Source: Antechinus flavipes
Taxonomy: Eukaryota
DNA: 64,000 nucleotides
Assembly: GCF_016432865.1 (NCBI RefSeq)
Contig: NC_067401.1
Location: forward strand, 37,696,001-37,760,000
Reading direction: 5' to 3'
Shown piece after piece: positions 48,966-62,004 of this stretch. Each line of letters opens with the position of its first letter. The first letter of the stretch is position 1. The notes below the pieces were generated by a model. That model saw nothing but the letters and a program-made list of their open reading frames with translations. It had not been told where the DNA came from and ran no database searches. The position numbers and the translations under genes were made by a program.

Positions 48966-50109
48966 ATTATTAATAATAAAACTCAAATTTATTTTGTTCA
49001 ATCATTTTTCAGTTCTGTCTTACTTTTTGTGACTCCATTAGAAACCTTAATCTTGACAAAGATAGTAGAGTGGCTTACAATTTCCTTCTCTGGTTTATTT
49101 TACAAATCAGGAAACCAAAGCTAATAGAGTAAAGTTGCCAGGTCATATGACCAGTTTTGTACTCAGGAAGATGTTTTCCTGACTCTAGGCTTAGCACTTC
49201 ATCCATTGTGCCACCTAGCTGCTCTGAAATTCATATATATGAGGAAAATTAAAATCAATAATTATCATGAATTATTAGCTTATTTTATAATAATCAAGCT
49301 CATGAGATCATTATAACAAGAGATAATTATACAGCTTTTCACTTATTAAGCAACTACTATGTGCCAAGCACTGTACTTAGCATTTTACTAATAGGATATC
49401 ATTTCAGCCTTTATTATCTGTATTTTACAGTTGAAGAAAGAGGCAGACAGAAATGAATTACTCAGGGCAACATATCATCAAGTAGACTTTAGGTATTGTT
49501 TCAAATTGGTTTAACCACTTAAAGAAAAAGAACCTTCTGAGTGTCACTATGCTATGAACTAACAATGCTTGCAAAGGAGATAATCAGCTGATTCATTCTT
49601 CTTTCCTGCCTACTTATATTCAAATGTGAAGGGAAGTTATTATACAAGTCTATGAGGCAGAGAAGAGGCTTCTTTATGTCTGGTACACCAACATGTGGCT
49701 TTTAGATTTGAATATTTGTTCTTCTTTCTTTACTTTGTTTTTTAACACAGAGCCAAGGTGAAGGAATATCTTATTAGATTGTGGCCTTATGAGTGTCTTA
49801 AAAATCAGGAGAGCTATCCACCAGAGTTCTAGAAGACATAGTTAGTGATAGATTTTGTAGACAGTCATGCCTAGTGAAGAGCAAAGTCTTACTTAACGCA
49901 GCTTATCATGGCTTTCAAGAGAGTCAGAAGGGAGGGATAGCAATTCATTCATCAACTATGCTACACTAAGAAGTGAATTTGGTGAGGGTGAATATTTTGT
50001 AGCAACTGCTTTAAGGTTGAGTTTAAGGTTCTATTTAGGGACCCAGATGTTATAGGAATGAGTGTGCATCTGACTTTGGGGTGGAGAAATGTTTATACTT
50101 TTGATCTTC

Positions 50110-52770
50110 CTTACAAGAAGACAACAATATGAAAATAGCTAAAACCAAAACTCTGAAGAAAAATGGTAATTGGACCTGTTCTCAATAAGAATTCCTGTAA
50201 GAGGTAAAGAAAAAAATTAGGAATGGTTGAGGAAAAAAATTTTTTAAATGAGAGTAAAGCAAGAAAATTATGGAGAATTAACAGTTTTGTAAAAAGAGAT
50301 ACAAAAATTATTGGAAAAAAATAACACATTTAAATAAAAATAATTAGCCCAATGGTAAAGAAGCACAAAATTTCTTTGAAGATAAGAACAACTAACAAAG
50401 TACAGTTGAACAAATGGAAAGAAATGTACAAAAGCTCAGTGAAGAAAATAAAAATTAGAATTGGGCAAGTAAAAGTCAATGCCTTCATATGGCATCAAGA
50501 AACAATAAAACAAAGTAAAAAGAAGAAAAACAAATGCAAAAGAATATTTATAGTATCTTATCAGAAATACAACTTCCCTAGAAAATGGATTGAGGAGAGA
50601 TAATATAAATATTATTTAACTACTTGAAAGCCCTGATCAGAAAGGGATACTAGATATCATATTTCAAGAAATTATAAAGGAAAACTATCCTAATAACTTA
50701 GAGCCATAGGATAATACAGAAATGAAAGGTACTGATCACCTTCTAAAAGCAATCACAAGATGAAAACTTCTAGGAATATTATGGTTGAATTCCAGAGTTT
50801 CAAAGTTAAGAAGAAAATATTGGAAGCAGAAGTATTGGAAACTGAACAATGGATAGTTGATGAAATAGAAGACTTTCAAACATTCCTGATGAAAAGAGCA
50901 GAGCTGAATAGAAAATCAAAAATTCAAACACAAGATTCAAAAGAAAAATATAAAAATAAATAAGAAAAAATAATTATAAGAGGCTCAATAAAGTTAAACT
51001 TTTATATTGCTATATGGGGAGGTGATACATTTAACTCTTTGGAATTTATCCTCATTAGGGCTTCTAGAAGTATTTTACATAAACAGAGGACATGACTGTC
51101 AGTCAGTTATGTTGCAATGATCTCAAAAGAAACTAATGAAGGGGTAAGAAAGAGGGATAAAGAAAGGAGAAAGGGAAAGATAGAATGGTAAAAAACACAA
51201 ATAAAAGAGGTATACAAGGAAGAGCTTATTTAGGTGGAGAGGAAAATGTGTGAGTCTGTGTGACAGGGGGAATATTTGAATCTCTTGTTGGAATTAGGTC
51301 AAAGAGGGAAGAATACAGATACACACATATACATACCCACAAACATTACACACACATTCAATTGGATATAGAAATCCATTGAACTCAATAGAGAAATAGA
51401 AGGGGAAGAGGATAAGCGATAGAAGGAGAGTTTATAAAGGGAGGCTAGATTAAAGGAGGCAGTAGTTAGAAGCACTGTTGAGGAGAGCCAGAATAAAAAG
51501 ACAGAAAGAAGGATAAATTGAAGAAAACAGAATGAAGAGAAATACACAGTAATAAGTGTGAATGTGAATGGAATGATCTATAAAATAGAAGCAGAGAGCA
51601 GAACAGATTAGAACTCAGAATCTAATAATATATTATTTAAAAGAGATATTCTTGAAATAGAAAGAAGCACACCTACTAAAGGTAAATGGCTAGAGAAGAA
51701 TATATCATGTCTCAAATGAAATAAAAAAGGATGGGGTAACATTCTTGATTTCAGACAAAGCAAAAGCAAAATAGATCTGATTAAAAGAGATAATTAAGAA
51801 AACTACATTTTGCTAAAAGATATCATGGAAAATTTATTAATATAAAAACTTTAAAGCAAGATTCTTTGATAAAGGTGTCATTTCTCAAACAATGGAACTG
51901 AGTCAAATTTCTAAAAATTAAAATGAGCCATTCCCCAATTAATAACGGATCAAAGGGTTTAAATAGGTAGTTTTTAGAAGAAGAAATCAAACCTTAATCA
52001 AAAATAACATTCAAAAAATGCTCTAAATCACTACTGATGAAAAAAATGCAAATGAAAACAATTCTGAGTTACCATCTCACACCTATCTAAAATGGCAAAT
52101 GATGGAGGGGATGAAAGATACACTAATAAAATGTTGATGGAGTTGTGAACAGATCCAATTATTTGGTAGAATAATTTGGGACTATGTCCAAAGGTCTATT
52201 ACATAACTGTGCATATCTTTTTGGCCTGCAGTACTACTAACCCCCAAAGAGATCAAAGAGGAAAAAAGACTAATATGTACAAAAATGCTTATAGCAGATC
52301 TTTTATTTTTGTGGAGGGCAAATAATTGCAAGTTGAGAGATGCTCCTCAATTGGGAAATGGCTAAACAATTGCAAACAATTATGATAAGGTATTTCTATG
52401 TCATAAGAATAATAAGGGTGGGGCAGTTTCAGAGGAAAAAATAATGTAACAAAACTTAAATGAATTGTTGCTAGGTGACATAAAAAAGAAAAGAAACAGA
52501 TTATTATGTTCAATGACAACAATATTGTAATGATAATCAAATATAAAAGACTTGACTACTTTGATAAATATAATTATCCAAGACAATTTCAAAATACTAA
52601 TAATGAAAAAATTGCTATCGACTTCCAGGAGAACTAATTTACTGTGAATGCAAATTGAAGTATAACCTTTCCTTGTCTTCCTTCCTTCTTTTCTTTCCTT
52701 CTTCCCTCCCTCCTTTCCTTTCTTTCTTTGATCCTTTGTTCCTTCATTCCTTCCTTTGTTCTTTCTTTCC
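50110..52770 (+). mobile_element. Old, internally deleted L1 (ORF1 remnant, endonuclease start, ORF2 end, 3'UTR, TTCC-rich tail)
   Basis: ORF1-like ..DIIFQEIIKEN.. and KTSRNIMVEFQSFKVKKKILEA; endonuclease-like aagtgtgaatgtgaatggaatg at ~51555; jump to ORF2-end-like ctgagttaccatctcacacct at ~52065. Many stops and frameshifts. Confidence 0.8.
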
Positions 52771-52958
52771 TTCCCCAAACCAGGGGATTTGTCCCATACC
52801 TGCTTAAGCTCTCCTCTTTACTTGAACTTGAGCCATTGCCTCTCCCCAGAGACTCAAAGCCAGAGGCACCTGTACTCTCTATTCTGATAGAAGTCTCGAG
52901 GGAAATTATAAAGGAGATGAAAGAATAGGAGGCAGCTGTTACAAAGGGAAAAAAAAAC

Positions 52959-52964
52959 TTTATT
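52959..52964 (-). terminator. Polyadenylation signal of gene 7
   Basis: AATAAA on - (gcaacAATAAA). Confidence 0.8.
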
Positions 52965-53181
52965 GTTGCTTAGAATGAACAAGGAAAAATAAGATGGTTT
53001 TAATTCAGGGGAGGGAGTTGAAATAAAATTAAATGATATGCCTTGATTTTCTCCATTCCTTAAAAACATCTCTACAGTAAACATTTCAAATCAAGGCAGG
53101 GAAGGACACCAAGGAGTGAGAATAAAAGGGAGCAGGATGAATAAACTTCTTCTTCTGTTCTTCTTAAGCTAGGGTTCCAGG

Positions 53182-53568
53182 TCAGCAGCAGCCCCCAGAG
53201 CTACCACAACAACCTGCAGAGCTACCACAGCAGCTCCCAGAGTGTTGGCTGTGTCCACTGCCAGTGTCACAGCAGTCAGACCTCTGGTGTCTGCGTCTGT
53301 GGGATCTCCTATGATGGGAAAAGAGGCAGCAGCCACCCCCAGAGCCAGAGCTGCAGCATCCCCCAGAGCTGGACCCACAGCATCCCCCGGAGCTGCAGCA
53401 TCCTCCAGAGCTAGAGCCACAGCAAGAAGACATTGGAGGAGGGCATGGAGCCTGGGGAGGGCACTTGGGAGGACATTTGGGTGGACACTTGGGTGTCTGA
53501 CACTTAGGAGGACATTTAGGGGGACATTTAGGGGCTTGGCACTGCTGCTGGTTTTGCTGGCAGGACAT
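53182..53568 (-). CDS. LCE: Late cornified envelope protein, gene 7 (128 aa, type B)
   Basis: True start taken as MSCQQNQ (ATG at 53568-53566). The ORF-track extension crosses the acceptor (AG at 53592-53591). Confidence 0.95.
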   Translation of the reverse strand: MSCQQNQQQCQAPKCPPKCPPKCQTPKCPPKCPPKCPPQAPCPPPMSSCCGSSSGGCCSSGGCCGSSSGGCCSSGSGGGCCLFSHHRRSHRRRHQRSDCCDTGSGHSQHSGSCCGSSAGCCGSSGGCC

Positions 53569-53897
53569 CTTTGGTGGGAATTCAGTAAACCTGAAAGACA
53601 AAAGATTTGTTCAGATGGATGAAATCAAGCCTTTAAAGCTTTCTTCAGTGGACCTGATCATCAGTGTGATGATGAATTTTGTCTAGAAAACATCTGTATC
53701 CAGAAAGAGGTGGCTTGCCAATGATTCCACTGTTCAAATGCATGTAGATTAGAATATGAGTTGCAGGAACATGCATTTTACATCAATTCAGAACATCATT
53801 AGAACTATCTACACCTCTCCCTATTTGTCTCTCTGTCTCCTTTATTTACTCTCTGTCTCTTTTCCCCTCTCTCTGCTCCTTTATATGCATTTTGTAG

Positions 53898-53990
53898 GTA
53901 TGTGTGTGTATATATATATGTATATACATACACACACACACGCACACACATATATATATATACATATATATACACACACACACATATATT
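53898..53990. repeat. Intronic (TG)(TA)(CA) compound microsatellite in gene 7
   Basis: Seen directly. Confidence 0.9.
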
Positions 53991-54258
53991 GTGAATTGCA
54001 GAACTAGGATAATTATAGTCTTAAAAGTTAAATAGTGGTACCTGTGGCTAAAGAAGAAAAGAAACATCAGCTTCTATTCACCAGCCACTGTACTTCTCAC
54101 TCATATTCTTTCCTCATCCTTAGATGTTCTATACATCTATCTTCCTTCTTCCCCTCGTTTTCCTTCTCATTTCTCCTTCCCTCTGCTCTGCATGCTCCTT
54201 CCCTCTCTTCCAACATCCTCCATCAAACCCTTCCCCAGGCACTCATGCAGACACTCAC

Positions 54259-54336
54259 CTTGATCACAGACACAGAGAAGAACCCTGCTGAAGAACCAGA
54301 GTGAGTGAAGATGCAGGGACAGAGATAGCTTTTATA
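54259..54336 (-). promoter_or_regulatory. Gene 7 TATA box (54330-54336) and non-coding exon 1 (~54306 to 54259); intron 53591-54258
   Basis: TATAAAA on -, donor gtgatcaag|gtgagtg. Confidence 0.85.
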
Positions 54337-54600
54337 GTGCAATCCAGGCTGAGCTGTTGACATGAGATCCATGGAAGGAAGAGGAAGGAGTGCTTAAGAG
54401 GAAGAGTGTTTTTCCCAGGTTCTGGCATGTGTCAGACAATTCCTGAGATTCTTTTTCTAAAGTCATATACATTAAAAATGTGCCATCACACAGATCATTG
54501 AGTTGTCAAGAGATATTAGGAGACATTCTGTTTAATTGACTCATTTTATAGGTGAAGATATTGAGGCCCTGAGATTTGGCAGATACCTTGTACAAAGCCT

Positions 54601-54862
54601 TAGGTGGTGTTTTTTAGTCTTTTCAATTCATATATGATTCTTTATGATCTCATATAGAATTTCTTTGTGAAAGATACTGAAAAGATTTAGCATTTCTTTC
54701 TCAAGTTGATTTTACAGATGATAAAACTAAGGCTGGAGTTATTTGATTTGTATGGGGTAAATACTAATAAACTAGTAAAGAGCTGAGATTAGATTTGTAC
54801 CCAGATCTACCTGATTAAAGTCAGGTAGTGCTCTTATCTATTGATCCTCCTAGCTGCCCAGT
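54601..54862 (-). mobile_element. MAR1-like SINE, same insertion site as 63105-63352
   Basis: Ends cctcctagctgcc and is followed by cagtaagcagatt, as in gene 8; absent in genes 3-6. Confidence 0.7.
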
Positions 54863-54997
54863 AAGCAGATTACCAAAGGCTTAAACCATTATTCCCCCAA
54901 TAAAGTTTTTTTTTTAATTTTTTAATCATCCCATGTTAAAGCATATTTGCAGCAAATTCACTTGTAAGATGAAATCAAGGTGAGTTAGAAATATTCT

Positions 54998-56118
54998 TTC
55001 TTAAAATTTTATTTATTATTTAACACTTCCAACAGTTACATTTAAAACATTTTTTGCATTTGTTTTAAAAAGTTTTGAGCTCCAGACTCTTTTCCTTATT
55101 CCCATACCCTGCCCCCACTAAGAAACCACATGTGAAGTTAAACATTTCCATAAAAGTCATGATGTAAAAGAAAACATAGATCTCCTACCCCCCTCCCCCC
55201 AAAAAAAACTCAAGAAAAAAAGTAAAGAGAGAGGGGGAAAAGAAAGACAGGCAGACAGACAGACACACAGACACACAGAGAGACAAACACAGAGAGAGAC
55301 ATAGGGAGAGAGCAAAAGAGAAAGAGAGCGATAGAGAGAGACAAGGCAGAGACAGAGAGAGGGGAGAGGGAGGGAAGAAGGGAGGGAAAGAGAATATATG
55401 CTTTAATCTGTATTGACATAATCACTTCCTTTTCTGGGTATGGATAGGATTTTTCATCATCCTTCAGAGTAGTTATGAATCATTGAACTGCTGAGAATAG
55501 TAAAGTTGTTTATAGCTGATTATCCCAGAACCAATACTTTGTACACAGTACATTGCACTTTGAGTTCATGGAGGACTTTTCAGGTTTTTCTGATAGCATC
55601 CTACTCACCATTTCCCATAGAACAATAATATTCCATCATAATCACATACCACGATTTATTCAACCATTCCTAAATTGATGGGCATTCCCTCAATTTCCAA
55701 TTTTTTGCCCTGATACAGAGCTGCTATAAATATTTTTGTACATATAAGTCCTTTCCCTTTAAAAAAAAAATCTCTTTTAGGATTCATGCCTAGTAGTAGT
55801 ATTATTAACTCAAAAGATATGCATGATCATATCTTTTGATCATTTATCTATTGGATCATGGCTCTTTTTTCATTAATTTGACTCAGTTTACTCTGTTTGA
55901 GAAATGAAGCCTTATCAGAAAAACCTGCTTCAAAATTCTTTTTACAATTGCTGTTGCTAACTGTATTTCTCCCCCCCCCCAATTCTATTCTTTTTTCACC
56001 CTCTCCCTTTTCAAAAGTGTTTTTACTAATGACTACTCCCTCCCTTAAATGCCCTCTCTTTATCACCCACCCCTCTTTCCATATCCCATTCCCCTCCCAC
56101 TTTCCTGCAGGGTAAAAT
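54998..56118 (-). mobile_element. L1 3' fragment (~1.1 kb) containing a (GA/GACA)n tract at ~55250-55390
   Basis: T-rich start, ccatttcccatagaacaataatattccat..., caatttccaattttttgcc...gagctgctataaatatttt; unit sequence resumes at ~56135 (gaaaagact). Ends approximate. Confidence 0.7.
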
Positions 56119-57433
56119 AGCTTAAAAATATTTTTTGAAAAGACTAGGAACCCTCAGCTCAAACAGCAGTTTAGGAAATTGTCACGAAATCCAGTCTTGG
56201 GGTAAAATTCTAGGAGTTTCAGTCAATGAGACTCTGTCCACTTCTAGAAATTTCCATGTAGCTTCATGCCCTGTTGTCTCATGTGAGATACAGTATAGGA
56301 CAGTGGAAAGAGCCTTCCCTTGGAGTCACAAACCTAAATTTAAATCTGAATTATTTAATTACTCTACCTCTTGTTAATTGAATTAAAGTTGATTTGAGGC
56401 AATTTACTTAAACCTCCAGGCTTCAGATTCCTCATTTCTAAAAGGAAGAGACTGAGATATATGAGTTCTGAGAGATTTCATCTTTATAGTTATACAGACT
56501 CTTGGACTATTTCACCTTGTTCTTAACTTTACCTTGACATATTTCTATGCAATATTCACATATTGGCTCCAATCCTACATGTGACTCTTCCCCTCAAATA
56601 GGACCTTCACATCTTCCCCCCCATCTCTCTCTCCCAGCTTTAAAATACACCCCTCCTTAAATCTCCACACCTTCTTTTTATATGATCATCCAAGGGTTGG
56701 GGGTAAGTGACCATCCATCATTTCATCTATCTTTCCATCCATTCATTCATCCATTTGTCCATTCATTCAGTAATTGAGAACAAAATTCTCTGCAAAGAGC
56801 TTCTGAGGAAGAAGGATGAATGAGACATACTTCCTGTTCTTCCTAATATTACTGCTAATAAAAAACCAAAATTTATATTGCCCTTGAAGGTAAATATATT
56901 GGTAAATGTTTTACATTTGGTATCTCATTTGATCCCCAGTACAATGGTAATACTACAAATTCCCTCACTGTGTAGCTGAGGAAAATGACATTGAGAGATT
57001 AAGTGACTTTCTTAGAGGCACACAGCTAAAAACTATTTGGATCAGGATTTCAATTCAGAATCAGTAACCTAATTAAGGGATACTAAATTTACCAATGACT
57101 TTAATTCAGTGTAATAATGAAAATAAAATAAATTTCAGACTATTGAATGTCAGGGCACTGACAGATTATTTCCACCTGGCTTCATTGGAAATATTGGCAT
57201 GGATGAGGTGCTGTTTGATGGAGGTAGGATGGAAATTATTTGTACTTTATTCTTAGTCTGTTTTTGTCCTTTTCAGTATCATCTTTAGGCCCTATCTACA
57301 TACATGCCTCCTAAGAACTGTAATCATGTCACCCATTCCATAGGCAAATATTTGTTAATACTTTTTAGGTTATTCCACCCTTGCAACTCTGTCAAGACTT
57401 TGAAACATTTTGGGATCAATATGCTTCCTCCTC

Positions 57434-57914
57434 GAGACCTACATGGACTGATGCTAAGTGAGATGAGCAGAACCAGGAGATCATTATACACTTTGACAAC
57501 GATATTGTATGAGGATGTATTCTGATGGAAGTGGATTTCTCTGACAAAGAGACTTAACTGAGTTTCATTGGAGAAATGATGGACAGAAACAGCTACACCC
57601 AAAGAAGGAATACTGGGAAATGAATGTGAACTATTTGCATTTTTGATTTTCTTCCCGAGTTATTTTTATCTTCTGAATCCAATTCTCCCTGTGCAGTGGG
57701 AGAACTGTTCGGTTCTGCAAATATGTATTGTATCTAGGATATACTGCAACATATTTAACATATATAGGACTGCTTGCCATCTTGGGGGGGGGAGGAGGGA
57801 GGGAGGGGAAAAAACGAAACATAAGTGATTGCAAGGGATAATGTCGTGTAAAAATTATCCTGGCATGGATTCTGTCAATACAAAGTTATTATTAAATAAA
57901 ATAAAATTTAAAAA
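57434..57914 (+). mobile_element. Young 5'-truncated L1 with perfect 16 bp TSD
   Basis: AATATGCTTCCTCCTC at 57418-57433 and 57915-57930; starts in the ORF2 C-terminus (RDLHGLMLSEMSRTRRSLYT) and ends in an A-rich tail. Confidence 0.92.
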
Positions 57915-60014
57915 AATATGCTTCCTCCTCTCTCATCCTCTAGGTCAATTACTTGTTTATTCTCTCTATTTTCTGTCTTTGTCTCTATTTCTCAATCTGT
58001 CCATCTCGAAGGCACAAACAGAGTCAAAAGCAAATAAGAACAATATCCATTCTCTTTCCTCTACATCCCCGGGAGATTACCCTTCTACCTAAAGGAAAGG
58101 TGGGAAGGGAAGCCCAGGATATGAGACATTGTTTCATTGTTGGACATACCAACATGCTGCACTTACAAGTCCTGTCCCAAATACTTTATTGTTGATTTTA
58201 TTCATATTGTGTATAGATGGTCCCCAACAGGATTTTTGAATCAGATAACTAATCTGGCAGACCCATGAATAGAAAATGAGCTGATAATATCTAGATTCTG
58301 GCTTCCTAAACCCTGGGTTGTGACTCCATATGAGGTTTCATTATTGAATGTGGAGGTCATGAAACTATGGTGTATTATCAATAAATGCTTGATTGGCATA
58401 TGTTTCATATACCTATATATTGTTCACATACCTATATACCTAGGGTCACATAAAAATTTCTCAGGTGAAAAGGAGTTAAGAGTGGGAAAAGTTTAAGAAG
58501 CCCTGATCCAGAAAATAAACACATGATTGTGATTATTCTGAGTAGGATTAGAGAACAAAATTTTGAGGATACTTTGTTCATTAAAATGTAAACTTGCCAT
58601 TTCCATGCGCTGAAGTAGCCCCCACCTCATGCACATAAAGGAATTTACAGTCTGATTCCTTTAAAAACAGCATCTCTTCCTCACCAAACCCAGGAATCAT
58701 ACTGACATATTTGGGCTTTGCTTTTATTTTTAATGCTACATGATGACGTTATCAAAAGCCCTCGAGATAATAGGGAAGGTGAGTGAGATACCTGGCTGTC
58801 CCATTTATTCCCTGTGAGACCTTGTTTAAATTATTTACCTATTTAGAATCTCAATGTATTGACCTATACAATGAAGAAATTGATTTCCATGACCTCTGAG
58901 CTTGCTTCTGGTTCTACATTCATGATCCTTTGATCTTATCATTTGAAATGATTTATACCTGAGGATACCTTGGTACAGAGGTCCCTTTCTTCTTGTTATC
59001 TTCCATAATGATGATGATGATACTGATAGTGTTGATGATAGTAAAGGTGATGAGGATCAGGTGATTTAAAGGAGGTACCCTGGCTTGGCTAACTTGAAAT
59101 CACTATTTGAATGCCAGATTACTCTAGGTGATTTTCTATGATTAATAAGATAACAATTACAATAATGTTAATGGGAAAGGATCCAGAACTTCCCAGCACC
59201 TCATCACCATCCCACTAGTCATGTATACAATTTTAGATACTCAATACAAAGTCCATAACTTGGAATTTGAAGATTCCCTCTTCTTTCTCCATAATAACTT
59301 AGAGCTAGGGGAGGGAATAAGGATTAATTGGTTATATTAGTAGTTGTTTAGTGCATTCTGTCAATCTGGAGGCAAGAGGATGGTTCAGTTGGTTTCTCTG
59401 GATCCCTGTGCTTTCAAGAAGAGGAAAGAATTCCTTGGGTTCCTTGGGTTCCTGTTTAGGAGTAGGAGAGACAAGGAACTCCATAGAGGCTACGACATCC
59501 AGAATGAAAGGGTCTAAGGAGTAGGTGTTGGGCTCTGCCAATAGAAACACTTGTCAATAATAGGAAAGTATGAGAAACACTTGTGAGAAGGAGTAGGAAG
59601 CTTCTGATTCTGTAGTCTGGATAGCTAGGGAAGAGTTGTTCACTCTAATTAATCCCTTTCCCCATTTACTGGAAGTAGTGTGGTTGAACCTATCAAATGT
59701 AGTCTAGGAGGCATAGTGCACAGAGTGCTGAACTTGGATTTAGGGAGATTTGAGATTGCATCCTGTCCCAATCTCTGTGTGACTTTGGAAGCTATTGACT
59801 TTTCTCAACCTCACTATTATCTGTGAAATGGTTCTCACCTCACACAGTTATTATGAATGTCAAATGAGATCATGGAGATAGAATGCTTTCAACTTTATCT
59901 CCCTATAGAAATGTTGGGAAGATGATAATGTGAAAGCAGGGTGACAGAGCCATGCAGCCTTGCCAGCTCCCCCTTTCTGTGCAGGCTTCTGGTAAGGGAG
60001 CATCCTTCAGCATG

Positions 60015-60530
60015 TGTGGTGTCCTCTTCTTTTTTATAATATATGATGGTCCTCTGTGAGAGCAAGTTTCTTGGGGAAGGTTTTCTGGAGGCAGCCTTAG
60101 TTTCAGTTCAGAGTAATAATCACTCCAAATACAGCCAGCTGATAAAATCCAACCTTGCCTCTGCTTTTTTCAGCTTCCAGCCAGCACAAAGGTGGAAGAT
60201 GGAATGAATTTGACTTTGCCTCTGAGAGTGGTCTTGTGGGTTTCTGTATCTCCGAGTGCTCTTTGGCTCTGAGAGCTTCTTGCTTATATGCTGTTCATTG
60301 AGTACACACCAATCATTATATCACTGGGAAACCATTATCTGTTATATGATTAAATCAATGCTAAACTAGATTTAAACATTGTCTCCTCAATTCCACTTAG
60401 TACCTTGTTTCAAGTTCTGGCACATAACATCTCCTTGTAGGATCAGATCAATCATACTGAACCAGGCTAAATTAGATAATTATTGTCTCTATCGACTCTA
60501 ATGAAGTACCACTTTGTAAGGATTCCAACA
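60015..60530 (-). mobile_element. Solo LTR (516 bp, TG...CA, 6 bp TSD AGCATG), related to 48458-48965
   Basis: AGCATG at 60009-60014 and 60531-60536; shares gtttcttgggg, cagccagcacaaaggtggaa..ggaatgaat and ctaaattagataa blocks with the other LTR; the paralogous site near 29425 is empty. Confidence 0.85.
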
Positions 60531-60652
60531 AGCATGCTCCATCAAGAAAAGGGGAAGCTGGCCAGTCCATCTTTTCTCAAACCTGGGGTACAAGTAAGAC
60601 ACAGGCCAGCGAATCCTTTAGCTTTATCTCCAGAATTGACCTCCAACACACA

Positions 60653-60930
60653 CTTTTTTTAAATTGAAGCTATTTGTTTTCAAAACAAGCATAGATTTGC
60701 ATAGATCATTTTTAACATTCACCTTTGCCAAATCTTGTGGTTTTTTTCTTCCCTTCTCCCCTTCTCCTCCCCTAGACAGCAAGTAATTCAATATGTTAAA
60801 CATGTGCATTTTTTCTATATGTATTTCTACAAATACCATGCGGCACAAGAAAAATCAGATAAAAAAATAAGAAAGAAAACAAAATGCCAGCAACCAATAA
60901 TAAAAAAGGTGAAAATACTATGTTGATCTG
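60653..60930 (-). mobile_element. L1 3' end fragment
   Basis: T-run, then ttttcaaaac..cacctttgcc..caagaaaaatcagat..ggtgaaaatactatg; no TSD seen, ~30 bp of host sequence appears lost. Confidence 0.7.
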
Positions 60931-61818
60931 ACAATCCCTGCCTCTTTCCTTGTCCAGTGGGGAGCTCTTTTCTTTGGGATGGGGGATCTTTAGATTTCTC
61001 TTTCTTAACAAGTCTCAGTTTGACTAAGGCAAGTCCAATTCTTAAAGTGTAGCTTCTGCAACTGAAATACAGTTTTGATTGGACCCTTGACATATGTAGG
61101 AGATGTAAAGAAAAACAAGAAAGCCAATAGAAGTTCAGAAAACATGGGACAATAGCAGGTTAGTAGTATCAGAAGAGAAGACCTTGGGGAATTAGGAAGG
61201 AGTCACTAAGAAGAAGAGCAACCCTAGAAAAGGGACAATCCAATGCCAGAAAGAGGGTTTTTCTGAATGGGAGACAAAATTGGATATGCCTATGCTTTAG
61301 ATCAAATATACAGCCAGAATCAGTGTAGAAAGGGAAAAGGTAAATAGGGATAGATCATGGACCCTTTAGCAACTCCAACTTTGAATGATCTCCCAGAAAG
61401 AACAAGATTCTCCTAAATTCTTTTAAAGGACTGTTCCATGAGACTTTCTGCTTCAAGCACAAAGCTGTTCCCCAAGCTGATTAGTTTCTCCTTTTTCACC
61501 TGGACCTGAGCTTTGACTTTTTCCCCAGTGAAACAGACCTGGAGACATCTGAACCTTGCACATTTTTCCCCTTCACAGAAGGGTGTTTTTCATAATTAAC
61601 TGTTCTACTCAGACACTTTCTGTGTCTTCTTGAATCTGAATGAAGGGAATCTTACCCAGCTTTCTAGCCCTATACCAGCAATCATTGCCTGAGCAGCTCA
61701 TCAAAGACATTAATCAGAGAAGTTTATGGGTCCATTAATAAGAAGGGATCTTTGAAGGAAGTTGTAAAGAAAAAGAACAGAAAATAGGAGGCAACTATGG
61801 TGAGGAAAAAAATAAATC

Positions 61819-61824
61819 TTTATT
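61819..61824 (-). terminator. Polyadenylation signal of gene 8
   Basis: AATAAA on - (gcaacAATAAA). Confidence 0.8.
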
Positions 61825-62004
61825 GTTGCTTGAGGAAAATGAGGAAGAGAAGGATGGTTTTAATTCTGGGGATTCCAGAGAAAATGAAATGATAGGCCTC
61901 AATTGTCTCCATCTCCCAAGAACAGTCCAGTCCAGAAGAAGGAAGAAAAAACATATGCAGTCACTTGATTGACTCTTCTGCTCTTCTTGGGTCAGGACAC
62001 CAGA

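Noticed and set aside
50111-50963. Lys-rich ORFs 50352-50603 and 50760-50963 as host genes
   Set aside because: Fragments of degraded L1 ORF1.
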